Positions 1-9,277 are shown, numbered from the stretch's first letter. The stretch: DNA of 64,000 nt from Lachnospiraceae bacterium (GCA_017615545.1 JAFZZY010000065.1:4759-68758), one strand, 5' to 3'. Notes: a model not told the origin generated them from the sequence alone. Made by a program: numbers and translations.

Positions 1-1
1 C

Positions 2-1555
2 GTGCCGAAGCGTAAGTTCACATGGACGGACGCGGATTTCCAGCCGGAAGAGCCGCCGATCATCTACGAATGCCATGTCGGCATGGCGCAGGAGAAGTAC
101 GGCGTCGGCACCTATCAGGAATTTACCGATAAGATACTGCCCCGGGTCCAGAAACTCGGTTACAATACCATCCAGCTCATGGCCATCATGGAGCATCCGT
201 ATTATGCTTCCTTCGGCTACCAGGTGACGAATTTCTTCGCGGCTTCCTCGCGTTTCGGCACCGAGCATGACCTGAAGAAACTGGTCAATACGGCGCATAA
301 GATGGGCATTCGCGTGCTCCTCGATGTGGTGCACTCGCACGCCGCGAAAAACACGGCCGAGGGCATCAACCGCTTCGACGGCACGGACGTTCAGTTCTTC
401 CATGAGGGAGAGCGCGGAAATCACCGTGAGTGGGACACCAAACTGTTCAACTACGGAAAGCCCGAAGTGCTGCATTTCCTGCTTTCGAACCTGAAGTACT
501 GGATGACGGAGTACCATTTCGACGGTTTCCGTTTTGACGGCGTTACCAGCATGCTGTATCACGATCACGCGCTGGGGACGAACTTTGACAACTATGATAA
601 GTATTTCTCGCTGAATACCGACACAGATGCGGTCACCTATCTGCAGCTGGCGAATGAACTCGTGCACGCGATCAACCCGAACGCGATCACGATCGCCGAG
701 GATATGTCCGCGATGCCGGGTATGGCGATGAAGATCCGCTACGGCGGCATCGGTTTCGACTACCGTCTCGGTATGGGCGCCGCGCCGATGTGGATCAAAT
801 TCCTCGACGAGATGCGCGACGAGGACTGGGACATCTGGAGGATGTGGTACGAACTTTCCGGCCGCCGCTCACATGAGAAGGTCATCGGCTACGTGGAGTG
901 CCACGACCAGGCGCTGGTCGGCGATAAGACGGTCATGTTCCGTCTGTGCGACCAGGAGATGTACTGGCACATGTCGAAGCATTCGCAGAGTGTCATCATT
1001 GACCGCGGTATCGCGCTTCATAAGATGATCCGCTGGATCACCGAGACCGTTGCCGGCGAGGGTTACCTCAACTTTATGGGCAATGAATTCGGCCACCCTG
1101 AGTGGATCGATTTCCCGCGTGAGGGCAACAACTGGAGCTACCATTACTGCCGCAGACAGTGGTCGCTGGCGGATAACCAGGACCTGCGTTACTGTCAGCT
1201 GGAGCAGTTCGATAAGGATATGATCGCGCTGACGAAGCGGGAGAACGTTCTGAAGGGACGCACGCACAATCTGTGGATGCACCAGCAGGATAAGATCATC
1301 GCGTATGAGCGCAACGACATTGTCTTTGTGTTCAATTTCCACCCGACGAAGTCGTTCACGGGATATTTCATTCCCGTGCCTACGCCCGGTTCGTACCAGG
1401 TCATCATGTCGACCGACCAGAAGCGGTACGGCGGACAGCAGCGCATTGATATGAACTATGTTTACAAGACAGATGAGCTCGGTGACGGAAGATATGGGTT
1501 CCCGATCTACCTTCCCAGCCGGACCGCATTTGCCATGAAGAAGATCGAAGAATAG
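2..1555 (+). CDS. glgB: 1,4-alpha-glucan branching enzyme (GH13 family), 5' end cut by window edge
   Basis: ORF is open to the window start. It carries GH13 catalytic-core motifs (GYNTIQLMAIMEHPYYASFGYQ, RVLLDVVHSHA, GFRFDGVTSM, AEDMSAMPG, ECHDQALVGD). Confidence 0.85.
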   Translation: MPKRKFTWTDADFQPEEPPIIYECHVGMAQEKYGVGTYQEFTDKILPRVQKLGYNTIQLMAIMEHPYYASFGYQVTNFFAASSRFGTEHDLKKLVNTAHKMGIRVLLDVVHSHAAKNTAEGINRFDGTDVQFFHEGERGNHREWDTKLFNYGKPEVLHFLLSNLKYWMTEYHFDGFRFDGVTSMLYHDHALGTNFDNYDKYFSLNTDTDAVTYLQLANELVHAINPNAITIAEDMSAMPGMAMKIRYGGIGFDYRLGMGAAPMWIKFLDEMRDEDWDIWRMWYELSGRRSHEKVIGYVECHDQALVGDKTVMFRLCDQEMYWHMSKHSQSVIIDRGIALHKMIRWITETVAGEGYLNFMGNEFGHPEWIDFPREGNNWSYHYCRRQWSLADNQDLRYCQLEQFDKDMIALTKRENVLKGRTHNLWMHQQDKIIAYERNDIVFVFNFHPTKSFTGYFIPVPTPGSYQVIMSTDQKRYGGQQRIDMNYVYKTDELGDGRYGFPIYLPSRTAFAMKKIEE

Positions 1556-1560
1556 AATAC

Positions 1561-1594
1561 CGGGGACGCTTCATTGAGGCGTCCCCGATTTTTT
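1561..1594 (+). terminator. Intrinsic terminator after glgB
   Basis: Stem cggggacgc / gcgtccccg (9 bp) followed by attttttg. Confidence 0.8.
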
Positions 1595-1726
1595 GTGAAA
1601 AAAATCAAGCCTTGTATTTATTTGATTTTTGTTTTATAATGGTGCACAGGGCTGTGCCTTCGCGGGTTTTCGTGGGTGTGGCCGGGGCGCCGGAGGGGCG
1701 CGTATATTTTGTTTTGGAGGGATGTC

Positions 1727-3016
1727 ATGAAGAAGACAATTACCGGAAATCGAAGCGTTGGACTGAAGAAAGCGGCGAAGTCCGCGAGCGTTCTGGCACT
1801 GACATTGTTGCTGGGCGCATGTACGGCGAAGCGCGGAAATGATAATAATGACACTACAGCTGCAGCAGTAGGCACAGAGTCTACTACGGAAGCGGCAGGA
1901 ACGACTGTGGACAATGCAGCGACAACTGCAGAGGCAGTGACCACGACGATCGCAGATACGACGAACGAAGGAACGGAAGCGGTCACGGTCGATAGCACGG
2001 ACGCGGACGCAACGGATCCTGAGACAACGGAAGCCGCTGCGGTAGATCGCAGTGAGTTCATCGTTAAGCTTTCTTCCATCAATGTATCCGATTACATTGA
2101 TATTTCGAAGGTTAAAGAGCTCGAGATCAAAAACAGTGATATCGCTGTAGATGAGGGAAACATCAAATACGAAGTGGCTGCCGCTATGGTGGATGATTTT
2201 GGAATTGCGTTGGAAGAAAAGGATCGCGCGGTCGAGTTCGGCGATACCGTAGTCATCGATTACGAAGGTTATGTCGGCGACGTCCAGTTTGAGGGCGGTA
2301 CGGCTTCGGGCTACAGCCTGGGTATCGGTTCCGGCCAGTTTATCCCCGGTTTTGAAGAGGGCATCGTCGGTAAGAAGGCGGGCGATAAATTCGATCTGCC
2401 GGTCACATTTCCCGAGGATTACCATTCCGACGATCTCGCAGGCCAGGAGGCTGTGTTCAAAATAACCATTCAGAAGGTTACCGGTCTTCCTGAGATCACG
2501 GATGCTGACATCAAGGAGAAGTCGCAGGGCTACTACGAAAACTATCAGGAATATTACAATGAGATCGAAGAGGATTACAAGAATTCGATTCGCGACAACG
2601 TTATCTTCAACAAGATCATGGATGCCGTAGAAGAGAAAAAAGATCATGAAGGCTTGATCAATGAATATGTTCAGTCGCAGATGAGTCGTTTGGATCAGGT
2701 GTGTACTGCATACGGCATTGACCGTGCGACATATTTGAGCATGATGGGTTATGACGAAGCGTCGTTTGAAGCAGAACTTAAGGACTACGGAAAGCGGTAC
2801 GCAAAGCAGAAACTGGCGATCATCGGTATCTGCCGTGACGGCGGAACTACGGTCGATGATGCGGAGATCAACACGTACATCCAGCAGATGATCACGGAAT
2901 ATGCTCTGGAGAGCGAAGAGTATCTGCTGTCGCGCATGACGAAGGATGAGATCGAGTTCGAGATCCTGTACAACAAGTTCATGACGTATATCGAGAATTT
3001 TAAAACGGTAGACTGA
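1727..3016 (+). CDS. Lipoprotein with trigger-factor-like FKBP PPIase and C-terminal chaperone domain
   Basis: ATG at 1727 gives MKKTITGNRSVGLKKAAKSASVLALTLLLGAC, a signal peptide with lipobox L-L-G-A-C. A Thr/Ala-rich linker follows, then an FKBP-type block (GDTVVIDYEGYVGDVQFEGGTASGYSLGIGSGQFIPGFEEGIVGKKAGDKFDLPVTFPEDY) as in the trigger factor PPIase domain. Confidence 0.7.
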   Translation: MKKTITGNRSVGLKKAAKSASVLALTLLLGACTAKRGNDNNDTTAAAVGTESTTEAAGTTVDNAATTAEAVTTTIADTTNEGTEAVTVDSTDADATDPETTEAAAVDRSEFIVKLSSINVSDYIDISKVKELEIKNSDIAVDEGNIKYEVAAAMVDDFGIALEEKDRAVEFGDTVVIDYEGYVGDVQFEGGTASGYSLGIGSGQFIPGFEEGIVGKKAGDKFDLPVTFPEDYHSDDLAGQEAVFKITIQKVTGLPEITDADIKEKSQGYYENYQEYYNEIEEDYKNSIRDNVIFNKIMDAVEEKKDHEGLINEYVQSQMSRLDQVCTAYGIDRATYLSMMGYDEASFEAELKDYGKRYAKQKLAIIGICRDGGTTVDDAEINTYIQQMITEYALESEEYLLSRMTKDEIEFEILYNKFMTYIENFKTVD

Positions 3017-3047
3017 TCATTCCGATGAGAGAATGAATAATAAGAAG

Positions 3048-3083
3048 CCGGTCGCGGTACTTCGGTACCGGACCGGTTTTTTT
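3048..3083 (+). terminator. Intrinsic terminator
   Basis: ccggtcgcggtac-ttcg-gtaccggaccgg hairpin followed by ttttttt. Confidence 0.8.
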
Positions 3084-3094
3084 GCATTTTCCGC

Positions 3095-3123
3095 TTGACA
3101 AGGCGGAAAACGGCGGTTATAAT
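3095..3123 (+). promoter_or_regulatory. Sigma-A type promoter for the tyrS leader
   Basis: TTGACA (3095-3100), 17-nt spacer, TATAAT (3118-3123). Confidence 0.75.
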
Positions 3124-3129
3124 CGGCAT

Positions 3130-3394
3130 ATAGTCGAAAGGCGATGATTAGGAAGAAGTAAGTTCCGATACGGGATACAGAAAGCAGCCGGTTGATGAGA
3201 GGCGCATTCACGATGGGACCGAATACATCCTATAGCCGCGCACCGAACGAGGGATCCAGTAGGCTGCGCCGCATGCATGCGTTAAAGTGCCGGGGTATGA
3301 CATGTACCCGCAGAGGCAGAAAGTGTGAGCTTTTTGCGAAGAAAGGTGGTAACACGATCTCGATCGTCCTTTTACGAAGGGGCGTTATTTTTTT
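3130..3394 (+). promoter_or_regulatory. T-box leader (tyrosine-specific) controlling tyrS
   Basis: Stem I GA/K-turn-like elements (ttgatgagagg). Candidate specifier codon TAC at 3224-3226 in gaaTACa context. T-box sequence aaaGGTGGTAACACG at about 3341-3355. Terminator hairpin plus a T7 run ending at 3394, directly upstream of tyrS. Confidence 0.8.
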
Positions 3395-3448
3395 GCAAAA
3401 ATTCCACGCGGCAAGCGTAAGGACAAAAATCCAATGGAGGACAAAAAG

Positions 3449-4669
3449 ATGAAGATTTATGAAGAACTGAAGGCACGTGGGCTGATCGCCCAGGTAACCG
3501 ATGAAGAGCGCATCCGCGATCTCGTGAACAACGGGAAGGCGACATTCTACATCGGCTTTGATCCCACTGCGGACAGCTTGCACGTGGGACATTTCATGGC
3601 GCTGTGTCTGATGAAGCGTCTGCAGATGGCGGGCAATAAGCCCATCGCCCTGTTGGGCGGCGGCACCGGCATGATCGGCGACCCGTCCGGTAAGACCGAC
3701 ATGCGTAAGATGCTGACGAAGGAGCAGATCGACCATAACATCGAGTGCTTCAAGAAGCAGATGGCGAGATTTATCGATTTTTCGGACGGCAAGGCATTGA
3801 TCGTAAACAACGCTGACTGGCTGTTGGATCTCAACTACGTGGAACTGCTCCGCGAAGTGGGACCGCATTTCTCGGTCAATCGCATGCTGACAGCCGAGTG
3901 CTACAAGCAGCGTATGGAGCGTGGCCTGACCTTCCTGGAGTTCAACTACATGATCATGCAGAGCTACGACTTCTACAAGTTGTTCCAGGATTACGGCTGC
4001 AACCTGCAGTTTGGCGGTGACGACCAGTGGAGCAACATGCTCGGCGGTACGGAGCTCATTCGCCGTAAGCTCGGTGAGGACGCGAGCGCGATGACCATCA
4101 CGCTGCTCCTGAATTCCGAGGGTAAGAAGATGGGTAAGACCGAGAAGGGCGCAGTATGGCTTGATGCCGAGAAGACTTCGCCGTTCGAGTTCTACCAGTA
4201 CTGGAGAAACGTCGAGGATCAGGATGTGCTGAAGTGCATCCGCATGCTGACCTTCCTGCCGCTCGAGGAGATCGAGACGATGAGCACTTGGGAGGGCAGC
4301 CAGCTCAACAAGGCAAAGGAGATCCTGGCGTTCGAGCTGACGAAGCTCGTACATGGCGAGGAAGAGGCGGTAAAGGCACAGGAAGCAGCGCGCGCGCTGT
4401 TCACTGGCGGCAATGCAGCCAACATGCCTTCCTTCGCGCTTTCAGATGAGGATTTCACAGATGGTGTGATCGACATTCAGGCTGTTCTCGTTAAGAGCGG
4501 TCTGGTTCCTTCCCGTTCCGAGGGACGTCGTGCGATCGAGCAGGGCGGTGTATCCGTGGACGGCGAGAAGATCGCGGCGACCGACCTCAAGTTCACGAAG
4601 GATGACTTCGCGGGCGAAGGTAAAGTATTCAAGCGCGGAAAGAAGAATTTCTGCAGAGTCAGCCTGTAA
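3449..4669 (+). CDS. tyrS: Tyrosine--tRNA ligase
   Basis: Class I HIGH-type motif (LHVGHF), KMGKT (KMSKS-type) motif and a C-terminal S4-like domain. ATG at 3449 lies 7 nt after GGAGG; the ORF-track start at 3434 overlaps that RBS. Confidence 0.93.
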   Translation: MKIYEELKARGLIAQVTDEERIRDLVNNGKATFYIGFDPTADSLHVGHFMALCLMKRLQMAGNKPIALLGGGTGMIGDPSGKTDMRKMLTKEQIDHNIECFKKQMARFIDFSDGKALIVNNADWLLDLNYVELLREVGPHFSVNRMLTAECYKQRMERGLTFLEFNYMIMQSYDFYKLFQDYGCNLQFGGDDQWSNMLGGTELIRRKLGEDASAMTITLLLNSEGKKMGKTEKGAVWLDAEKTSPFEFYQYWRNVEDQDVLKCIRMLTFLPLEEIETMSTWEGSQLNKAKEILAFELTKLVHGEEEAVKAQEAARALFTGGNAANMPSFALSDEDFTDGVIDIQAVLVKSGLVPSRSEGRRAIEQGGVSVDGEKIAATDLKFTKDDFAGEGKVFKRGKKNFCRVSL

Positions 4670-4740
4670 GTAATCGTGAAACAGACGATGAACCTCAGGC
4701 CTTTCAAATACAACATAGGAAAAATAGAATAATCGTAAAA

Positions 4741-4770
4741 CCGTCAGGAAAAATGCCTCCTGACGGTTTT
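4741..4770 (+). terminator. Intrinsic terminator after tyrS
   Basis: ccgtcagga / tcctgacgg 9-bp stem followed by tttt. Confidence 0.8.
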
Positions 4771-4829
4771 ATGATTATAGGAGACACGACTGCAAATAAG
4801 TATTGGTCGCGGATAGGATATTTATTTCT

Positions 4830-5100
4830 CCGGGCTAAGAATTTGGTGGTTTGCGTGATTTTCTTAGCCTTTTGATCAACAGCGAGGCTACTTTATGATC
4901 TATCCGGCTAAGAATTATGATGATTCTTCGATTTTCTTAGCTCAGTGATCAAAGGTGAGGCAGATTTTCGGCCTTTTCGGCTAAGAATTATGATGCTTCT
5001 TCGATTTCCTTAGCCCAGTGATCAACAGAGAAGCAGATTTATGAACTTTCCGGCTAAGTTTTTCTGTGAATTGGTATTTTCCTTAGCCGATTTGATCATT
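4830..5100. repeat. Four tandem ~73-bp non-coding units, each with a GGCTAAGAA...TTCTTAGCC hairpin followed by TGATCAA
   Basis: Unit starts (GGCTAAG) at 4833, 4906, 4979 and 5052, an exact 73-bp period. Units 2 and 3 are similar along their whole length. No ORF is present. Confidence 0.85.
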
Positions 5101-5203
5101 GCAGGTATGTACTTATATGATCACAGGGAGAATTTGAATATATGCTGTGCATACGCTATCTGGTTTCTTTTGGGGATTTTATAAAATCGTAAGAAAAACG
5201 TAA

Positions 5204-5232
5204 TTGACATCGTTTTAGCGTAGTGCTAGAAT
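5204..5232 (+). promoter_or_regulatory. Sigma-A promoter of the MarR/ABC operon
   Basis: TTGACA (5204-5209), 17-nt spacer, TGcTAGAAT extended -10 (5224-5232). Confidence 0.7.
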
Positions 5233-5239
5233 AACGATT

Positions 5240-5253
5240 GTTCAAAATTGAAC
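5240..5253. promoter_or_regulatory. Perfect palindrome GTTCAAAATTGAAC at the transcription start; candidate MarR auto-operator
   Basis: 14-bp perfect inverted repeat 8 nt downstream of the -10 box, followed by a third half-site TGTTCAA (5254-5260). Confidence 0.45.
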
Positions 5254-5276
5254 TGTTCAAGAAAGGAGGTATTCCA

Positions 5277-5723
5277 TTGGCTGATATCATCAAGTATCGT
5301 CGCAGAGGTGCGATGTTTGTAAATAATCTGACCGCCGCATATAACCATGCGATGAGTCCTTTATGTGAGGAAGTGCATTTAAAAGTCCATCAATTGAATA
5401 TGCTTCAGTTCCTCGAAGAGAACCCGGAGACGAACACGGCGAAAGATATCTGCAGATGCCTGTGGATGAAGCCCGGACTCGTTTCAATGTCCGTGGATGA
5501 ACTGGTCGAGATGGGATATCTTGTTCGAGAGTCGGTCTCCGGTGACCGGCGTAAGGTCCGCCTGACTCTGACAGAGAAAGCAAAGAAGCTGACGGGGCGT
5601 ATTTTGCAGATGCAGAGTGATTTCATTGACCGGGCGAAGCAGGGCCTTACAGATCAGGAGAAGGATCAGCTGGAAGGCTTCTTCGATGTGATCTTCGATA
5701 ACATCGATCAGATGAGCCGCTGA
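5277..5723 (+). CDS. MarR-family transcriptional regulator
   Basis: Winged-helix MarR pattern (LNMLQFLEENPETNTAKDICRCLWMKPGLVSMSVDELVEMGYLVRESVSGDRRKVRLTLTEKAKKL). TTG at 5277 lies 7 nt after GGAGG; the alternative ATG at 5313 leaves the start uncertain. Confidence 0.8.
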   Translation: MADIIKYRRRGAMFVNNLTAAYNHAMSPLCEEVHLKVHQLNMLQFLEENPETNTAKDICRCLWMKPGLVSMSVDELVEMGYLVRESVSGDRRKVRLTLTEKAKKLTGRILQMQSDFIDRAKQGLTDQEKDQLEGFFDVIFDNIDQMSR

Positions 5724-5759
5724 CCTGCCTGTTAAAGTAAACTGAAAGAGGATGAGTAC

Positions 5760-8700
5760 ATGTTAGAACTGAAGAATATCGTCAAGGATTATCCCGCGGG
5801 CGATGGTACCGTTCATGCGTTGAAGGGTATCAGTCTGAATTTCCGAAATGCCGATTTTGTTTCCATTTTGGGTCCTTCCGGCTGTGGTAAGACAACGATG
5901 CTGAACATCATCGGCGGCCTGGATAAATACACAGAGGGTGACCTGGTCATCGGCGGAACATCGACCACGGCGTTTAAGGACCGTGACTGGGACGGTTACC
6001 GCAACCATTCCATCGGTTTCGTATTCCAGAGTTATAATCTGATCCCGCATCAGACCGTGCTGCAGAATGTCGAGCTCGCGCTGACATTGTCCGGCGTTTC
6101 GAAGGCGGAGCGCAGGGAGCGCGCGAAGAAAGCGCTTGAGGCTGTAGGCCTGGCGACGCAGCTGAAGAAGCTGCCCGGCGAGATGAGTGGCGGCCAGATG
6201 CAGCGTGTTGCGATCGCGCGTGCATTGGTCAATGATCCCGACATCATCCTGGCGGATGAGCCGACGGGTGCGCTCGATACCGAGACCAGTATTCAGGTCA
6301 TGGAGATCCTGAAGGAGATCTCGAAAGATCGCCTGATCATCATGGTAACGCACAACCCGGATATTGCCGAGCGTTATTCTACCCGTATCATTAAGATGCT
6401 CGACGGTGAGATCACCGGCGACTCCAATCCGCTGACCGACGAAGAGATCGAGAAACTTCGTAAGGAAGATGCGGAGAAAAAGGAGAAGCAGAGCAAGAAA
6501 AAGTTGCCGTCCATGTCGTTCGCGACTTCGTTCGGCCTGTCCTTGAAGAACCTGTTCACGAAGAAGGGAAGAACCATTCTGACTTCGTTCGCGGGCAGCA
6601 TCGGTATCATCGGTATCGCGTTGATCTTCTCGGTATCGCATGGTATGACGACTTACATCGATTACGTGCAGGAGGACACATTGTCCAGTTACCCGTTGAC
6701 GCTGCAAGCGCAGAACGTCGATTTCGGAAGCCTGCTTGAGACATATATCAACCTGGTCAAGGGCAACAAAGACCACGATCACGATGCGGTCTACCAGAAG
6801 CCGGCCATGTACGATCTGGTCAATACGATGAGCACCCTCCAGGATAAGACCAACGACCTTCGTTCCTTTAAGAAGTATCTGGAAGAGGAGCGAAGTAACC
6901 CGAACAGCACGAGCGGCCTGCGTGATGCATTGAGCGCCGTTCAGTACACTTACAACCTGAGCCCGCTGATCTACACTAAGAGTGTGGATGGAACCATCAT
7001 CCACTCCGATGTACAGGAACTGATGAGCCGCATCTTCATGAAGTCCATGAGTAAGATGCTCGGCAATATGCTCGGCGGCGACGACGAAGGAAGCAGCAGT
7101 AGCAGCAGCCTTCTTTCTCCTTCGATGTTCACTTCTTCCAGCGCGACCTATGGCATGGGAAGCAACACGTACATGAACATTTGGCAGGAGATGGTTCCGG
7201 GCATGAACGGTGAGATCCGGACGGAGCTTCTGGAGAAGCAGTATGACGTGATCTACGGAACCTGGCCGACCGCTTATAACGAAGTCGTGCTGGTTCTGGA
7301 TGAAAACAACGAGATCGGCGATATGGCGCTGTATGCGCTCGGCCTGGTCTCGGAAAAAGAGATCGACGACATCATGGATGCCGCCATCAACAACACGACC
7401 GTTGAAAAGAAGCAGGTCAAATGGAGTTACGAGGAGATCTGCAAGACTGAGTTCCGCATGATCCTGAATGCCGACTGTTACCGAAAAGACCAGACGACCG
7501 GCCTTTACACAGATCTTCGTGATACCGATGCCGGCCTGAAATATCTCTATGACAATGCGATCCAGTTAAAGGTGGTAGGTATCATCCGCCCGGCGGAGGA
7601 TGCAGTATCGAATATGCTGACCGGCGCCATCGCTTATACGCATTTGCTGACGGAGTATGTCATCGAAAAGAACAACGAATCCGAGGCGATCGCCGCACAG
7701 AAAGCAGATCCTTCCGTGGATATCTTTACGGGCTTGGCGTTCAAGGATAAAGAAGGCAAACTCTCCGACGAGCAGAAGGCAGAAGTGTTTAAAAAGAATG
7801 TAGATCTTCTTTCGGATAAGGAATTGGCGAAACTTTATGTGAAGATCAAATCCGTTCCTCCGGAAGATGTCCTGAAAGAGAGCATCGAAAAGACACTGGG
7901 TTCAATGTCGCGAGAAGACATTGACCGCCTGATCATCCAGGGCATCGTTTCGCAGACCGGTATGAGCGAAGCAGACGTAAGAGAGTACGTTTCCGCCATG
8001 AGTGACGAGGAGATCTACGCGATGCTTTCGCAGACGCTGCAGGAGCAGGTCAAGGCGGCCTATGCGGCGCAGGTCGAGGCCCAGATGGGAACGCTGAACG
8101 AGGAACAGCTCGCAGGAGCTTTCCGTCAGGAGCAGGCGACATTTACCGAAGAGCAGATGGTGGAATACTACGAACTGCTGAATTTCTCACGTTCCAACTA
8201 CGATGCAAACCTGATCGTACTGGGGTGCGTGGATCTGGACGATCCGTTCGGCATCAACCTGTACGCATCCAGCTTTGCGAATAAGGACATCATCAAAGAT
8301 GCGATCGACGCTTACAACGAAGCGGCGGACGAGGGCTCACAGATCGAATATACCGATATCATTGGCCTGTTGATGTCTTCCATCACGACGATCATCAATG
8401 CGATCACCTACGTGCTCATCGCGTTTGTAGCGATCTCCCTGGTGGTTTCTTCCATCATGATCGGTGTCATCACCCTGATCTCCGTACAGGAGAGAACGAA
8501 GGAGATCGGTATCCTGCGTGCGATCGGTGCATCGAAGCGTAATGTATCGCACATGTTCAATGCAGAGACCATGATCATCGGTTTCACCGCAGGCCTGCTC
8601 GGCGTAGTAGTCACCTACCTGATGTGCATCCCGATCAACATCATCCTGCATAACCTGACCGGACTGCATAACCTTTCGGCGATCCTGCCGATCCCGGTAG

Positions 8701-8807
8701 CCTTGGTGCTGATCACGATCAGTGTCCTGCTCACGTTGATCTCGGGCATCATCCCGTCGAGAAGCGCGGCGAAGAAAGATCCGGTAGTTGCTCTTAGAAC
8801 TGAGTAA
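5760..8807 (+). CDS. Fused ABC transporter: N-terminal ATPase, large extracytoplasmic domain, C-terminal FtsX/MacB-type permease
   Basis: Walker A GPSGCGKTT, signature MSGGQMQRVAIARAL, Walker B ILADEPTGALD. A roughly 600-aa middle region follows, and the C-terminus carries FtsX-type TM helices (ERTKEIGILRAIGASKRNV). Confidence 0.88.
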   Translation: MLELKNIVKDYPAGDGTVHALKGISLNFRNADFVSILGPSGCGKTTMLNIIGGLDKYTEGDLVIGGTSTTAFKDRDWDGYRNHSIGFVFQSYNLIPHQTVLQNVELALTLSGVSKAERRERAKKALEAVGLATQLKKLPGEMSGGQMQRVAIARALVNDPDIILADEPTGALDTETSIQVMEILKEISKDRLIIMVTHNPDIAERYSTRIIKMLDGEITGDSNPLTDEEIEKLRKEDAEKKEKQSKKKLPSMSFATSFGLSLKNLFTKKGRTILTSFAGSIGIIGIALIFSVSHGMTTYIDYVQEDTLSSYPLTLQAQNVDFGSLLETYINLVKGNKDHDHDAVYQKPAMYDLVNTMSTLQDKTNDLRSFKKYLEEERSNPNSTSGLRDALSAVQYTYNLSPLIYTKSVDGTIIHSDVQELMSRIFMKSMSKMLGNMLGGDDEGSSSSSSLLSPSMFTSSSATYGMGSNTYMNIWQEMVPGMNGEIRTELLEKQYDVIYGTWPTAYNEVVLVLDENNEIGDMALYALGLVSEKEIDDIMDAAINNTTVEKKQVKWSYEEICKTEFRMILNADCYRKDQTTGLYTDLRDTDAGLKYLYDNAIQLKVVGIIRPAEDAVSNMLTGAIAYTHLLTEYVIEKNNESEAIAAQKADPSVDIFTGLAFKDKEGKLSDEQKAEVFKKNVDLLSDKELAKLYVKIKSVPPEDVLKESIEKTLGSMSREDIDRLIIQGIVSQTGMSEADVREYVSAMSDEEIYAMLSQTLQEQVKAAYAAQVEAQMGTLNEEQLAGAFRQEQATFTEEQMVEYYELLNFSRSNYDANLIVLGCVDLDDPFGINLYASSFANKDIIKDAIDAYNEAADEGSQIEYTDIIGLLMSSITTIINAITYVLIAFVAISLVVSSIMIGVITLISVQERTKEIGILRAIGASKRNVSHMFNAETMIIGFTAGLLGVVVTYLMCIPINIILHNLTGLHNLSAILPIPVALVLITISVLLTLISGIIPSRSAAKKDPVVALRTE

Positions 8808-8828
8808 ACAATAATCATACACAAAGAG

Positions 8829-9216
8829 AAGCGGCACGCCACAAACGTGCCGCTTTTTGTATTCTGTTTCGGGACGGAGCCCGGTTCTGCGGTCAATGTA
8901 CCCGTCATCACCGCATGCACTCCTCACTGAACGGTTCACTGCGTTGTGAAAAACGGACGTTCGGAGCGAAGCCGAATTTCAGGGTACCGCTTCGACTTCG
9001 GCCGTTTTCCGATGAAAACGACCTCAGCGAGCTCAAAGGCCGGCCTCGGAGGCCGGCTTTGCCTCTGATTCGGCTTCTCCCTTACGGCGTTTTTCTACAA
9101 CTCGCTCTCATGTTCAGTTTGGAGTGTATGCGGTGAAACTGCGACAGATAGTAGAACCCGGGCTCCGCCCCGAAACACGCTACACGGAGAGCGGCACTAT
9201 TTGTGGCGTACCGCTT
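8829..9216. repeat. ~390-bp imperfect palindrome: two diverged ~190-bp copies in inverted orientation
   Basis: The reverse complement of 9023-9216 aligns block by block with 8829-9022. Matching pairs: aagcggcacgccacaaacgtgccgc / aagcggtacgccacaaatagtgccgc; gtttcgggacggagcccggttct / gtttcggggcggagcccgggttct; caccgcatgcactcc / caccgcatacactcc; gaagccgaat / gaagccgaat. By eye the arms are about three quarters identical. Confidence 0.85.
8831..8858 (+). terminator. Intrinsic terminator after the ABC gene (also the outer end of the long palindrome)
   Basis: gcggcacg / cgtgccgc stem followed by ttttt. Confidence 0.75.
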
Positions 9217-9277
9217 TTCTCTCATGTGGTGGAGTGGGAGGAGAAAGCAAGAGGAAAAAGCAAGATAGGCGCTTTCA

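Noticed and set aside
1612-1842. 76-aa ORF upstream of and overlapping the lipoprotein gene start, and the longer 1676 start for that gene.
   Set aside because: Neither has an RBS and both are Arg/Gly-rich. The ATG at 1727 gives a textbook signal peptide and lipobox.
3230-4354. 374-aa minus-strand ORF, together with similar long antisense ORFs at 5763-7004, 14414-15448, 17018-18190, 26831-28081, 51161-52432, 53486-54361 and 62004-62888.
   Set aside because: Each lies fully opposite a gene with unambiguous family motifs (tyrS, the ABC gene, ilvC, leuC, fabK/fabD, GGDEF, pdp, hisK). All show shadow-frame composition.
4830-5100. The 73-bp periodicity suggested a small CRISPR array.
   Set aside because: The segments between the hairpin arms are themselves conserved between units (units 2 and 3 align end to end), so there are no unique spacers. 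No cas genes or leader are present. It is a tandem duplication of a whole unit.
8915-9136. 73-aa ORF inside the long palindrome.
   Set aside because: It has no RBS and is Arg/Leu/Pro-rich. It exists only because the palindrome lacks stops in that frame.
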